From: Deltaproteobacteria bacterium
GTDB taxonomy: Bacteria > Myxococcota > Kuafuiibacteriia > Kuafuiibacteriales > Kuafuiibacteriaceae
Direction: 5' to 3'
NCBI GenBank assembly: GCA_040218735.1
Contig: JAVJQW010000058.1
Coordinates: 64,001 to 128,000, forward strand
DNA: 64,000 nucleotides
Shown here: positions 1-9,936 of the stretch, piece after piece
Position numbering within the stretch: position 1 is the stretch's first letter
Layout of the letters: the number at the start of each line of letters is the position of its first letter
Made by a program: the position numbers and the translations under genes
The notes under the pieces: generated by a model
The model's database searches: none
What the model was told of the DNA's origin: nothing
Seen by the model: only the letters and a program-made list of their open reading frames with translations

Positions 1-809
1 GGGAGCTTGTAGATCGCGTAGTTGCCGGCGACGAGACCGCGGGTCACCTCGCTCGGCGAGTAGGGCCGACCGACGACGAGCTGCCCGCCGCTTCCGATCC
101 CCTGCGTGAGCACAGCGACGATCTCGCGACCGGGGACGACCACATTGCCGGACCCGTCCGTGATCTCGACATAGTGACCGCCCTCCGCCCAGCTGAGCGA
201 TCCGCTGCCAGTCGCGAACCATGTCAGCGAATCGGCATCCTGCACGTAGTCGGCGCCCATCGCTTCGAGGTCGCCACTATTGGGCGAACCGAACGTCCCT
301 GTCGCCCCTGCCTGCGCGGTCGCGAACCCGCGCACCCAAAGTTCGAAGTACTCGCGCGTGCCGGGGATCATCTGGACGCCATCGATCGACAGGTCCTGAG
401 TCGACCCGGTGCCGGTGACGCTGATGACGTTGTCGTCGGAGCTGCGCGCGTTCGCGCGGAACGGCACGGCGCGGGTCGCGACCTGAAACAGCATCTCGTG
501 CCCCGACGAGAAGACGCCCGACAGGCGGACGTTCGCGCGTGTGTGCCCGGGGAACTTCTCGACGGTGATCGGCAACGTGATGCGCGTCCACACCAGCGGA
601 GCGAAGCCGGCGTAGGCGCCGCCGTTGACCTCGGACGTGTCGTAGGTCGGCCAGATCAGGTTGAAGAGCACCTGCGGCTTCGTGATCAGCCGGTTGCGCT
701 GCATCGTCATCACGCGGAGCAGGTGCGCGGACATGGGGTTGCCGTCGGTGAACGCGCCACTCTCCAGCGCGCCGAACAGCGAAGCGATCTCGGGGGTGCG
801 AATGGGCAT
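1..809 (-). CDS. Putative virion/tail protein, truncated by window edge (MPIRTPEIASLFGALESG...)
   Basis: ATG at 809 overlaps the upstream stop (TGATG); frame stays open to the edge; lies in tail module; not in the ORF track because it has no stop in the window. Confidence 0.7.
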   Translation of the reverse strand, partial: MPIRTPEIASLFGALESGAFTDGNPMSAHLLRVMTMQRNRLITKPQVLFNLIWPTYDTSEVNGGAYAGFAPLVWTRITLPITVEKFPGHTRANVRLSGVFSSGHEMLFQVATRAVPFRANARSSDDNVISVTGTGSTQDLSIDGVQMIPGTREYFELWVRGFATAQAGATGTFGSPNSGDLEAMGADYVQDADSLTWFATGSGSLSWAEGGHYVEITDGSGNVVVPGREIVAVLTQGIGSGGQLVVGRPYSPSEVTRGLVAGNYAIYKL

Positions 810-3163
810 CAGGGCTCTCCGTAAAGCCAGGCGTCGTCGTTGCTCGAGCCGGGCGTCAGGTTGGTGGCGTCGGACATGAAGGCGTAGCGCGACGTCTGTT
901 GGGGATCGGCGTCGTCGTAGTTGGCGTAGTCGAGCACCTGGCCAGCGGCCATGAGCCCTCCGAAGTCACCGCTCAGCTCGATGTCGTCGCCGGCGACGCT
1001 GACCACCGTCTCGGTCGCGCCGCCGCCTGCGTCGGTGCCGTCCAGATTCAGGATGCGCACGACGTCGTCCACGTGGAAGCCGGCCGCGTCGTTCGTTGGC
1101 AGCGGAGACTGCGCGTCGGTGTGCGTGTAGCGGTTGGTGGTCACGATCGCGATCACCCCGTCGCTCACCTCGACGATGTGGGCCGAGGGCGCGACGCGCC
1201 CGATCCGGACGTCGGGGCCGTAGCCGAGCATCCGGCTGTTCGTGTAGAAGCCGCCGCCCGCGCCCTCCTGCCCGCGCGGCTCCGCCTCGAGGTGCTGAAC
1301 GAGCACGGAGTCCCATCCGCGCAGGCCGGCCGCGAGGTTCGGCAGCTCCGCGAGCGTCAGCTCACCGACGTCGCCCAGCGGTAGGCCACTCCAGACGGAG
1401 GCATCGAAGTCGCCGTCGACCTCGATGCGCGGCCGGCGCGTCCGCCACAGGCGCGACAGCCCACGGCGCGCGTAGATCTCCGGCGTGTCGGGATCGCCGG
1501 CGGGGACGTGGATGTCGATCGGCTTCTCGTCGGTGCCGTAGTACCCGCCCTGGCCGAACGTCGCGCCGAACTCGGCGCTGTGGAATGTGACGGGCGCCTT
1601 CGTGTTCGGCCCGACGATGTAGCGGATCGCGCTCGCCTGCGACGCCCTGTCACGCCGCACGCTGACCCGCGGGAGGTACTGGCGCCGGCCTCCGACGGGG
1701 CGCTTCAGGATGTTGGCCTCGCCGATCGTGAGCACCGCGGAGCCGATCAGCGGGAGCCGCGGCAGGACGATCTTCGCGAGCCCGGCGCTCGTGATGAAGT
1801 AGGCGCCCATCGGGCGGAGGAAGTTGTGCGTCACGAGCTCGCCGAACTCGACCGCCTCGTCGCCGAAGACGAAGTAGGGGAACAGGTAGTCGGGCGTGCG
1901 GTTCCAGACGTCGAACCACGAGTCCCAGTCGATGTTGCCCGCGGGGTAGCCGACGCCGAAACCGGGAGGCAGCGACGCGAAGTTGCCGCGCGCGGCGACG
2001 TAGTTCGTCAGCTCGAGGCCGTCGCCCTCGCGCGCGCTCGAGGTGAGCAGGATGGCCATCACCGGGATGAAGTGCGCCACCGGCGTCCACGTCCCGGAGG
2101 TGCGGCTCGTCGACGGCGACGGCCCGGGGCTGTAGCGGAAGGACCCCGGCGCGCTGGGCTCGGCCATGAAGACCTGATGGAACACCTCGTCGGCTTTCAG
2201 CTCGGCGCGACCCGTCCGCAGGAGATCGCGGCGGTACGTGCGGAGGCGCGTCCCGACGAAGCCGTTCGCGTCGCCGGTGAGGGTCATGACCTCGCCGCTC
2301 TCGTGGCGCACGTAGAAGACGTCGGGCGTCGTGTTGGTCGTCCACAGGCGGAGGTCCGACGCGCGCGTCTGCGGCGGGATCGAGAGGATGACCTCCGCGT
2401 CGTTCGAGGGGTCGCCGTTGACCGCCTCGGCCCGCATCCGCCGCGGCTGCAGCGGGATCTGTCGGGCGAGCGGCTTGAGCTGCGACGACGCCAGGAGCAC
2501 CCATCGGTTCAGATCCTCGGACCACTCGAGCGAGTCGATCACCCAGGCGCCGAGCTCCTCCTCGTCGGCGGAGCTGTCGCCGTCGATCGGCGCGATGTGA
2601 AGGTACGCGCGCCGGCCTCGGAGGAAGTTGATCGACTGGTAGACCTCCGAGTCCTCGTCGTGGACGGTCGGGTCGGTGTTCAGCGCGCCGCGCTGCACGG
2701 TGATCGACGAGCCCCCGACGACGGTGATGCGCATCGCCTCGGCGCCGTTCCACACGTTGTCGTCCGCCGAGAGGCCCGTCGTCGAGTCGACGCCGACGCT
2801 GGTGTCGTTGGTGTCGATCGTCTGCGAGAGCCGCGTCAGGGGCGGGCGCTCGGTTCGGATCTCCTGGGTGAGCAGGTCGTCCCCGTCGAGCAGCTCGATC
2901 GTCAGCGAGCCGAGCTCGGTCGCGCCGCCGAGGTCCGTCACGCGCTCGCGCAGCGGCGCGGGGATCTCGGTGAGTAGGTCCTGCCACACCGAGGACGGCA
3001 TCGAAGCGGCGTAGTCCGGGATCGCGGTGCAGAACCGGTAGCGGCCGTCGCTGTCCGCGGCGGCGAGCTCGGCGCCCGACAGCGCGGGTCCGAGGCCATC
3101 GATCCGAAGGATCCACGTCCACGACTGATCGTCGCGCGCGATGTTCGTCGCGAAGTCGGTCAC
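809..3163 (-). CDS. Large tail protein (hub/tip-like), ~784 aa
   Basis: Likely GTG start (VTDFATNIARDD) overlaps upstream stop (GTGA); two genes downstream of tape measure; beta-rich, Thr/Gly/Asp-rich. Confidence 0.7.
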   Translation of the reverse strand: MTDFATNIARDDQSWTWILRIDGLGPALSGAELAAADSDGRYRFCTAIPDYAASMPSSVWQDLLTEIPAPLRERVTDLGGATELGSLTIELLDGDDLLTQEIRTERPPLTRLSQTIDTNDTSVGVDSTTGLSADDNVWNGAEAMRITVVGGSSITVQRGALNTDPTVHDEDSEVYQSINFLRGRRAYLHIAPIDGDSSADEEELGAWVIDSLEWSEDLNRWVLLASSQLKPLARQIPLQPRRMRAEAVNGDPSNDAEVILSIPPQTRASDLRLWTTNTTPDVFYVRHESGEVMTLTGDANGFVGTRLRTYRRDLLRTGRAELKADEVFHQVFMAEPSAPGSFRYSPGPSPSTSRTSGTWTPVAHFIPVMAILLTSSAREGDGLELTNYVAARGNFASLPPGFGVGYPAGNIDWDSWFDVWNRTPDYLFPYFVFGDEAVEFGELVTHNFLRPMGAYFITSAGLAKIVLPRLPLIGSAVLTIGEANILKRPVGGRRQYLPRVSVRRDRASQASAIRYIVGPNTKAPVTFHSAEFGATFGQGGYYGTDEKPIDIHVPAGDPDTPEIYARRGLSRLWRTRRPRIEVDGDFDASVWSGLPLGDVGELTLAELPNLAAGLRGWDSVLVQHLEAEPRGQEGAGGGFYTNSRMLGYGPDVRIGRVAPSAHIVEVSDGVIAIVTTNRYTHTDAQSPLPTNDAAGFHVDDVVRILNLDGTDAGGGATETVVSVAGDDIELSGDFGGLMAAGQVLDYANYDDADPQQTSRYAFMSDATNLTPGSSNDDAWLYGEP

Positions 3164-3954
3164 ACGACCCTCCGCATCGACAGGTTCGCGCGCCAGCGCA
3201 CGTTGTAGCGCGGGTCTCGGTCGTACGGCTCGCCGAGGTCCTTGGTCCGGTACAGGCCGTAGGAGCTGCTCGTCCGGACGGTCTCGTCCTCGTACAGCCG
3301 GAACGGCCGCCCGAGGCTCATGCTGTTGATCCAGGCCTCCTCGAGCGTCCCGTAGGGCTCGGTCGCGGGCGCGTACTCGGCGAGCGTTACCGACTGGTGG
3401 AGGCGCGCGATCTCGATCTCGCGCTCGCGGAGCGGCGTCGCGAATCGCGAGACCCGGGTCCGGCCGCTGACCGCGGCGCTGATGCCTCCGACGATCGGCT
3501 GCCGGTCGCGGCTGTCGACGGTCGCCGCCTTCATCGGCCGCCACAAGCCGCGCGGCATCAGCGTGCCGACGACGGCGTCAGCGGTCGGGCCGACGATCGC
3601 GTCCGCGAAGCCGAAGATCGACTCGTCGAGCGTCGAGTTCGGCCAGTCGATCGTGATGTTGTCGCCGCCGTCGAGCGAGCCGAGCTCCACGAGGAAGCTC
3701 GAGTTGAGCGCCGCGTACCCGCCGGTGATCTCGGTGTGCGTCCCGAGCGCCGTGGAGACGACGCGGAGCAGGTCGCCGACGCCGCCGACCCCGCCGTCCG
3801 CGTCCGCCTGGCCGTCTCCGGACAGCCAGTAGTTGCGTCCGACGGTGAAGCCGACCGTGAGGTCCTCGGTCGTGCCGCCGACGTCGACGCGGAGCGTGTA
3901 CGACGCCGCCGCGAAGCGGATCGGGGTGGCGATGAGGTAGTTCGGAACGGACAT
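3160..3954 (-). CDS. Putative distal tail protein, 264 aa
   Basis: Immediately after tape measure gene, translationally coupled; function from position only. Confidence 0.6.
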   Translation of the reverse strand: MSVPNYLIATPIRFAAASYTLRVDVGGTTEDLTVGFTVGRNYWLSGDGQADADGGVGGVGDLLRVVSTALGTHTEITGGYAALNSSFLVELGSLDGGDNITIDWPNSTLDESIFGFADAIVGPTADAVVGTLMPRGLWRPMKAATVDSRDRQPIVGGISAAVSGRTRVSRFATPLREREIEIARLHQSVTLAEYAPATEPYGTLEEAWINSMSLGRPFRLYEDETVRTSSSYGLYRTKDLGEPYDRDPRYNVRWRANLSMRRVV

Positions 3955-6362
3955 CAGGACCCCGCGGCGCCGAACGGCTGAAGCGCCCCGTACTCGCGCA
4001 GCGCGTCGGTCGCCTCGCGCGCGGCGCGCCGGCGGTCGCCGACGAACCCGGGGAAGTGAAGGTGGACCTCCTGCGGTGCGGCCCCAGCGCCGTTCGCTCC
4101 CGCGAACGCCGGGTTGAAGCCGCCCGGCGAGGGCGAGGAGCGCCCGCCGCTCGCTCCGCCGCCGCCCGCGGAGAGGCTCGGGACCGGCGCGGAGGTCTGG
4201 CCGCCGCCGCCCAGCGCCTTACCGGCGAGGATCATCCCGGCGCCGGCGGTCGCAGCGAGGAGCCCGCCTGCGACAGCGAGGCCCGGGGGCCCGGTGACGA
4301 GCTGCAGGCCCGGGATGAAGCTCAGCGCGCCGAGGACCGAAGCGGCGAAGCCGGTCTGGATCAGCATGGTCCCGAGACCGACGAGGACGTCGCCGAGCTT
4401 CTCCTTGAAGGCTCCGGTGTCCCACTGCACGAGCATCTCGGCGAACGCGGCGCCGACGCCCTGCAGCGCCGCGCCGAGCGTGGATCCGATGACCGACCCG
4501 AAGTCGGACACGGACTGGCCCATCGCCTGGAGGCTGCCCTTCAGGTTGCTCCCGAGCTGCGAGAAGTACTGGCCGAACTGGTCGATCGTCGGCAGCCCCA
4601 GCACGCCGAGGAAGCTCGGCGTGACGCCCGACTCGCGCGCGCCCCGCGCCGTCGTTCGTCCGCCGGCGCCGATGGTCGGGTCGAACGCGGGCGCTGCGCC
4701 GCGCCGCGCTGAGGTGCGATCTGCGAAGTCGAGGCCTCCGATCCCGAACGCGCCGAGGCGCACGCGCTCCTCGGGCGTCAGCGTGTCGATGCTGTCGCCT
4801 CCGCCCCCGGCCCCGGCCCCGCCGCCTCCCGTGCCGCCTCCGCCCCGACCGTCGCGCGGGGTGAAGATGTTCCGGCCCCCGCGGCCCCCGCGGCCGAAGC
4901 CGTTGTCGCGCCCGCGGCCGTTCGCGATGTTGTCGAGCATGTCGCCCAACCGGTTGAGGTGGTCCGACAGCGTCTTGCCCGCGGGCTCGGCGATCACCCG
5001 GCCGTTGTCGAAGCCCCCGGTCGCGAACGCACCGACCGCGATGCCTCCGGGCCCGAGCGCCGACCACTTCGCGACCTTCTCCCAGTCGGTGGTCTTGATG
5101 AACATCGAGACCTCGCCGAGGGCCTTGGAGACGCCCGCGAACGCGGTCAGAAGGACACTCGCCAGGCCCGCGAGGCTCTTCACGAAGTCGTCGACCGCGG
5201 CCGCGCCGCCGGGGCTCTGGATCCAATCGATGATGTCCTCGAGCGCGCTGTTGATCGCCGCCATCGCCTGATAGGCCGACTTGCTGTCGGTGACCGTCTG
5301 CCCGAGCGCGATCTGCGCCGCGTTCTTCAGCGCCCCGAAGCGCGTCACCTGGAAGTCGAGGGTCCGCGTCATCTTGCGGAACGCCTCGTCGGTGGCACCG
5401 CTCCGGCCGCGCATGTCGTCGAGGATCTCGGTGAAGCGCTGCCCCTCGTTGGCGGTCAGCGTCATCACCGCGTTGAGGCCCTCGACGCGTCCGAACAGCG
5501 CGAGGAGCTGCTGCTCGGTCGCACCCGACCGTGCGACGTCATCGAGGAAGCCCCTGAGCCCCTTCGCCCGCAGCGCGGACGTGTTGAACTCAAGGCCGAG
5601 CTCCTTCGCCGCGCGCTTCGCCTTCGGCGTCTCCTTCACGATCCCCACGAGGGCGGAGCGCACCTGCGTCACGGCTTCGGCCGTCGACACGCCCGGTCCG
5701 GTCGCGGCGGCGACGGCGGCGGCGAGCTCGTGGAAGGGGACGTCGAGCTGCGCGGCGAGGGGCGCGACCTGGCCGAGCGTCGTCGCGAGCTCCTGCGCGT
5801 TCGTCTTACCGTCGCGGATCGCGATGAACAGCGTGTCGGAAGCGTCCGCCGCCTTGAGCCCTTGCGCGCTGTAGGCGTTCACGACGTTCGTGAGGCCGTC
5901 GACGGCGGTCGTCACGTCGGTCACGCCGCCGATCGCGAGCTTGTTCGCGGCGTGAAGGATCTCGGTCGCCTGCGTCGCGTCCGTCGCACCGGCGCTGATC
6001 GCCTGGTAGAGCGCCTTCGCGTTCGACGTGGCGTCGCCGCCGTAGAGGGCGGCCATCTCGAAGGTGATGTCGCGGATCTTCGCGATCGGGAACTCCGCGT
6101 CGGAGGCGATCGTGGTGACCTCGGCGACGGCCTTGCCGTAGGCGTTGGCGGCGCGCGTCGCGTCGATCATCTGTCGCGCGATGGCGGCGGGGACCGCCGA
6201 GATCACGCGCCAGCCCTTGTTCGCGAGCTCGAGCGCGCTGTTGATCTCGGTGGCCGATCGCTTGAAGTGCGTGACGAGACGCTTCAGCGCCTTCGCCGCC
6301 TTGCGGTCGTCGACGTCGATCGGCACGACGGCGCTTGCGCGCTTGCCCCTCTTAACGGCCAC
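3954..6362 (-). CDS. Phage tail tape measure protein, 802 aa
   Basis: Ala-rich helical core typical of TP901-type TMP (AKALYQAISAG...GKTNAQELATTLGQVAPLAAQL...LFGRVEGLNAV); hydrophobic Gly-rich C-terminal segments. Confidence 0.92.
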   Translation of the reverse strand: MAVKRGKRASAVVPIDVDDRKAAKALKRLVTHFKRSATEINSALELANKGWRVISAVPAAIARQMIDATRAANAYGKAVAEVTTIASDAEFPIAKIRDITFEMAALYGGDATSNAKALYQAISAGATDATQATEILHAANKLAIGGVTDVTTAVDGLTNVVNAYSAQGLKAADASDTLFIAIRDGKTNAQELATTLGQVAPLAAQLDVPFHELAAAVAAATGPGVSTAEAVTQVRSALVGIVKETPKAKRAAKELGLEFNTSALRAKGLRGFLDDVARSGATEQQLLALFGRVEGLNAVMTLTANEGQRFTEILDDMRGRSGATDEAFRKMTRTLDFQVTRFGALKNAAQIALGQTVTDSKSAYQAMAAINSALEDIIDWIQSPGGAAAVDDFVKSLAGLASVLLTAFAGVSKALGEVSMFIKTTDWEKVAKWSALGPGGIAVGAFATGGFDNGRVIAEPAGKTLSDHLNRLGDMLDNIANGRGRDNGFGRGGRGGRNIFTPRDGRGGGGTGGGGAGAGGGGDSIDTLTPEERVRLGAFGIGGLDFADRTSARRGAAPAFDPTIGAGGRTTARGARESGVTPSFLGVLGLPTIDQFGQYFSQLGSNLKGSLQAMGQSVSDFGSVIGSTLGAALQGVGAAFAEMLVQWDTGAFKEKLGDVLVGLGTMLIQTGFAASVLGALSFIPGLQLVTGPPGLAVAGGLLAATAGAGMILAGKALGGGGQTSAPVPSLSAGGGGASGGRSSPSPGGFNPAFAGANGAGAAPQEVHLHFPGFVGDRRRAAREATDALREYGALQPFGAAGS

Positions 6363-6702
6363 GGCCCAGAGCCTTCAGTTCCCGCTTCTCCTGCCGACGG
6401 AAGGCCGCGAGCAGGATGAGCTTTGCGTCATATTCGAAGGCAGAGAGGGTCTCGTAGTCCTCCGGTGTCAGCTCGATCTGGCCGGCGCCGTACGCGAACA
6501 CTGGCGCCCACAGGTGGGGGCGCTCGAGGAGCGCGGCCTCGGGGTGGCGGCGAATCCACACGCCGTCTGCGTCCTCGCCGATCCAGTCGTGGTCGACGCG
6601 CTTGAAGCTCTTCCGCGCTTCCTCGTCTTCGTGCTCGATCCCGTCCCACCGATCCGCGAGGGGCATCGGCGCCGGTTCGAAGTAGCCGAACGCCTCCGCC
6701 AT
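6352..6702 (-). CDS. Tail assembly chaperone, T-like part (probably expressed as a G-T frameshift fusion)
   Basis: Directly before TMP; frame is open back through the stop of the preceding ORF in the -1 frame. Confidence 0.6.
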   Translation of the reverse strand: MAEAFGYFEPAPMPLADRWDGIEHEDEEARKSFKRVDHDWIGEDADGVWIRRHPEAALLERPHLWAPVFAYGAGQIELTPEDYETLSAFEYDAKLILLAAFRRQEKRELKALGRGR

Positions 6703-6767
6703 CTCGGGGTCCTTGGCGACGTCGGAGAGCGGCGGCAGATCGCCGGCGTCGTAGGTGGCCAGGACCC

Positions 6768-7271
6768 TCAGGAGAAAGAGTCGGCCTCGACCACGCGCTG
6801 AAGCCGACCGGCCTCCTCGGACAGGACGAGCCCGAGCCCGAACTCGATCAGGACGGCCGCGTGCTCGTCGGGCTGGTCGTTCGAATCGTGCTCCTCGACG
6901 CCGTGAACCTCGCGCACGCAGTCGGTCAGCACCGTGCGGCAGAACTTCTCCAGCCGGTCACGCGCGCCCGGAGCCTCGAACCCTTCCGCGTAGAGCTCGG
7001 GCGCGACCTCCTTCGGCATCCCGCGGCGCAGCTTCGCGAGCTCGCGGTTGTTCTCCATCTGCATCTTGTCGCCGAGGGCGGCCCACTCCTTGGACTTCGC
7101 CTTGCCGAGGTACTCGATGACGACGACGAGGCCCTCGAACTCCTTCGCGTGCTCGCGCAGGTTCGCGGCGCGCTTCTCGGCGCCGTCGCCCTCCTGCCGG
7201 TCGGCCGCGGCAGTCAGGAGATCGCTGACGACGACGCGCTGGAGCGCGCCCTTCTTCTTTCGCTTGAGCAT
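6768..7271 (-). CDS. Tail assembly chaperone, G-like, 167 aa
   Basis: Between tail tube and tape measure genes, the standard siphovirus position. Confidence 0.65.
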   Translation of the reverse strand: MLKRKKKGALQRVVVSDLLTAAADRQEGDGAEKRAANLREHAKEFEGLVVVIEYLGKAKSKEWAALGDKMQMENNRELAKLRRGMPKEVAPELYAEGFEAPGARDRLEKFCRTVLTDCVREVHGVEEHDSNDQPDEHAAVLIEFGLGLVLSEEAGRLQRVVEADSFS

Positions 7272-7286
7272 CGACGGTGGCCCCCC

Positions 7287-8474
7287 TCAGGCCCGGAAGA
7301 TTTGGAAGAAGCGGGCCGGGTTGGCGCCCACCGCGACGGCGTCGCTCACCTTGAGCACGATGTTCTGGCGCTTGCGGTTGCCCGTGCTGGTCGGGTTGGC
7401 CTCGACCACCGTGGCCTGCTCCGCGTACACGCAGAGCCCGCCGAGCACGCCGCCGCTCACGACGCCGCCGCCGAGCTGCACGAGGACCGAGCGCACCGTC
7501 TGGTTCTTCTTCAGCTGCAGCTGCGCATCGGTGAAGTGCGGCTCGATGGTGATCATCGGCTCGATGGACTCGATCGTGTGGCCCTGACGACCGTTCGCGC
7601 CGCCGGATGCTTCATCCGGCTGCGCATCGAGGCCGAAGTCGATCTCGATGCGCCGGGTCGGGACCGCGACGCCGTTGATGAACACCGGCGAGAGCGTCCC
7701 GATCACCGGGGTGATCGGTGGCCCGGCGAGAGCGGCGGGAAGCGCGGACCCGAGCTTGCTCGTCGCGACCTTGCGATCGTACGCGACCTGGCCGACGAGC
7801 TTCGCGATCTGCCCGACCTCCGCGACGATCGACGCCTGCGTCCACTGCGAGCCGAAGAGCGTGTACTCGTCGCCGTCGTGGATGTGCACCCACTGGCTCG
7901 TCGGACCGCCTCCGTTGGCGTTGTACCGGAAGTTCCGCGTGCCGTAGGCGACGGCCGCGTTGGTGAAGTTGAAGCCCGGGTCGACGATCGTGTAGACGCC
8001 CGCGCCCGCGTCGGCGATGACCGGCGCCCAGTGCGCGCGCACGCCGCTTGTCGGCAGCCCGGCCTCGAAGATCGGGAGGACGTCCTGCACGTCGGCGACG
8101 TCGCTCCCCAGCTCGAGCGCGGCCCCCACGTGGCTGACGACGTCTTCGCCGTCGACGGTGTTCTCGGTGCCGAAGATGCCGGCGAGGATGTCATCGAGGA
8201 CGTCACTCGCCGGGGGAGAGGCCATGGCACCCGCGGCGGTCGCGAGTCCCCAGAGAGGCACCTCGACCGGGAACGAGCCCTTGTCGGGTCCTGGGATCGG
8301 CGCGGTCGGGTAGGGGCGATTCGTCGCGTAGTTGGTGTCGAGGACGTCCTGCTCGTCGCGGTCCTCGCCGACGGACATCGCCGGCAAGGGCGAGTACGCC
8401 GCGCCCGTGGCGTCACCCTCGACCGAATAGCTGCCCTCCAGGGCGTGCCAGAGGCCACGTGCTCGATCGCTCAT
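7287..8474 (-). CDS. Major tail tube protein, 395 aa
   Basis: N-terminal 'ALEGSYSVEGDAT' resembles the ExxYG start of tube proteins; beta-rich; position before chaperones/TMP. Confidence 0.7.
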   Translation of the reverse strand: MSDRARGLWHALEGSYSVEGDATGAAYSPLPAMSVGEDRDEQDVLDTNYATNRPYPTAPIPGPDKGSFPVEVPLWGLATAAGAMASPPASDVLDDILAGIFGTENTVDGEDVVSHVGAALELGSDVADVQDVLPIFEAGLPTSGVRAHWAPVIADAGAGVYTIVDPGFNFTNAAVAYGTRNFRYNANGGGPTSQWVHIHDGDEYTLFGSQWTQASIVAEVGQIAKLVGQVAYDRKVATSKLGSALPAALAGPPITPVIGTLSPVFINGVAVPTRRIEIDFGLDAQPDEASGGANGRQGHTIESIEPMITIEPHFTDAQLQLKKNQTVRSVLVQLGGGVVSGGVLGGLCVYAEQATVVEANPTSTGNRKRQNIVLKVSDAVAVGANPARFFQIFRA

Positions 8475-8475
8475 T

Positions 8476-8928
8476 CTAATCGTCCTCCCAGCAAGTCACG
8501 CGGAACGTGATTTCCGCGACCCTGTCACCGGCCTCGGTCCGTCCGACTTCGATACCTTCGGTCACCACCGAGGCGACCTGTGCGGGCCACTGCGAGCGCC
8601 GCTCGATCGCGCGCGCGAGCAGGTTCGGCTCGTTCACCGCGCGCTGCAGCGCCGCCCAGTACGTGAGGCCCGCGCTCGAGATCCCAAGGCGCGCGATCAC
8701 CAGCCACTCGAGCAGCGTGTTGTCGGCGCCGTTCTCCATCTCCGGTTCTTCACGCACTGGATCCTCGAAGACGAAGGCGCGGTCGCCGGAGGTGCTCCCC
8801 GAGTCGATGCGGCTCGCGTTCTTCTCTTCGTCGAGGTGGTAGAACGTTCGCTCCGGCGCGGTGGGCGGCGTGAGCGCCTCCCAGTCGTCGGCGACCTGCT
8901 GCATCGCGGCGATCAGCGGCGAGGTCAT
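8476..8928 (-). CDS. Putative tail terminator/head-tail completion protein, 150 aa
   Basis: Size, acidity and position just before tail tube gene. Confidence 0.55.
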   Translation of the reverse strand: MTSPLIAAMQQVADDWEALTPPTAPERTFYHLDEEKNASRIDSGSTSGDRAFVFEDPVREEPEMENGADNTLLEWLVIARLGISSAGLTYWAALQRAVNEPNLLARAIERRSQWPAQVASVVTEGIEVGRTEAGDRVAEITFRVTCWEDD

Positions 8929-9732
8929 CTACTGCACCCGTCGCGCGAAGACGACGCGCCCCACGTTGTCCTCGACCGTGTCCACGACGAGGTCCTCGTC
9001 GGCGTCGTACTTGAGCGGTCCGATCGACGCCCACGCCTGATCAGCCTGCGTGCGGTAGTACCGGCCGAGCCCCGCCGATTCGTCCTCCTCGGACTCCGGG
9101 TTCGAGCAGTCGGCGAAGTAGATGATCTTCAGCGCGAGGTTGCGCTCGACGCGCATGAAGCGCTCGCGGTTGAGGACCGCGTTCGGTCGGCGATTCTTCG
9201 GGTCGCGGGCGGCGTCCTGCTCGATCTGGGCGCGGATCATCGCGTCCAGCTCGAGGCGCGCTTGGTAGCCGTACTCGCTGGCCATCGCCTCGTCGCTCAG
9301 CGCGGGCGAGAACCGGAGACCGAGTCGCTCGAGCACCTGGCCGATCTCCGGTCGAAGCACGAGGAGGTCGTTCAGCGACAGGACGCTCCGCTCGAGCGGG
9401 TACATCACGACGTCGAACAGCACGATCGCCGTGCGGTCCGAGGAGCCCCCTGTCTCGCGCCAGACGATCCGCGCCTGGTAGTCCTCGTCGAGGGTGGCGA
9501 GCGCGGGGACTGGAACGTCGATGCGAGACACCGACGGCGTGCCCACGGCGGCGATCGTCGCGGACCCGGTGCCGATGCTGTTCCCGAGCGGGTCGAAGAG
9601 CTCGTAGGTCGCGGTGGTCGCGGTGACGTTGCCGGTCCCGGGGACCTTCGGGAAGAACGAGACGACGCCGGCCGTGTTGCGGGCGACCTCCCAGCGCAGC
9701 TCGTCGAGCTCGGGCACGTACGGCGTCGGCAT
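8929..9732 (-). CDS. Putative head-tail adaptor with N-terminal beta-sandwich, 267 aa
   Basis: Downstream of capsid; helical C-terminal part ending in an acidic/basic tail typical of adaptors. Confidence 0.55.
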   Translation of the reverse strand: MPTPYVPELDELRWEVARNTAGVVSFFPKVPGTGNVTATTATYELFDPLGNSIGTGSATIAAVGTPSVSRIDVPVPALATLDEDYQARIVWRETGGSSDRTAIVLFDVVMYPLERSVLSLNDLLVLRPEIGQVLERLGLRFSPALSDEAMASEYGYQARLELDAMIRAQIEQDAARDPKNRRPNAVLNRERFMRVERNLALKIIYFADCSNPESEEDESAGLGRYYRTQADQAWASIGPLKYDADEDLVVDTVEDNVGRVVFARRVQ

Positions 9733-9735
9733 GGG

Positions 9736-9936
9736 TCAGCTCTTGCGGCGTCGGCGCTTCTTCTTGGGCGGCGGGGCGGCCTCGATCTTCGAGGCCTGAG
9801 AGATTGGCGTGGGCGAGGAGACGGGCGCGTAGCCTTCGGGCGCGGTCGCCATCCGCCACCCTCGGGACTCGTACTGCCGCCGGTACGCCGCCGGCAGCAG
9901 CACGGGCCCGTTCCCCGACCTCAACGCCAGGTACAT
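9736..9936 (-). CDS. Small basic phage protein, 66 aa (ends PPPKKKRRRRKS)
   Basis: ATG at 9936 overlaps capsid stop (TGATG). Confidence 0.6.
   Translation of the reverse strand: MYLALRSGNGPVLLPAAYRRQYESRGWRMATAPEGYAPVSSPTPISQASKIEAAPPPKKKRRRRKS

Noticed and set aside
9736-9800. PKKKRRRRK as a nuclear localisation signal
   Set aside because: Basic tails are common in small phage head proteins; no evidence for a eukaryotic host
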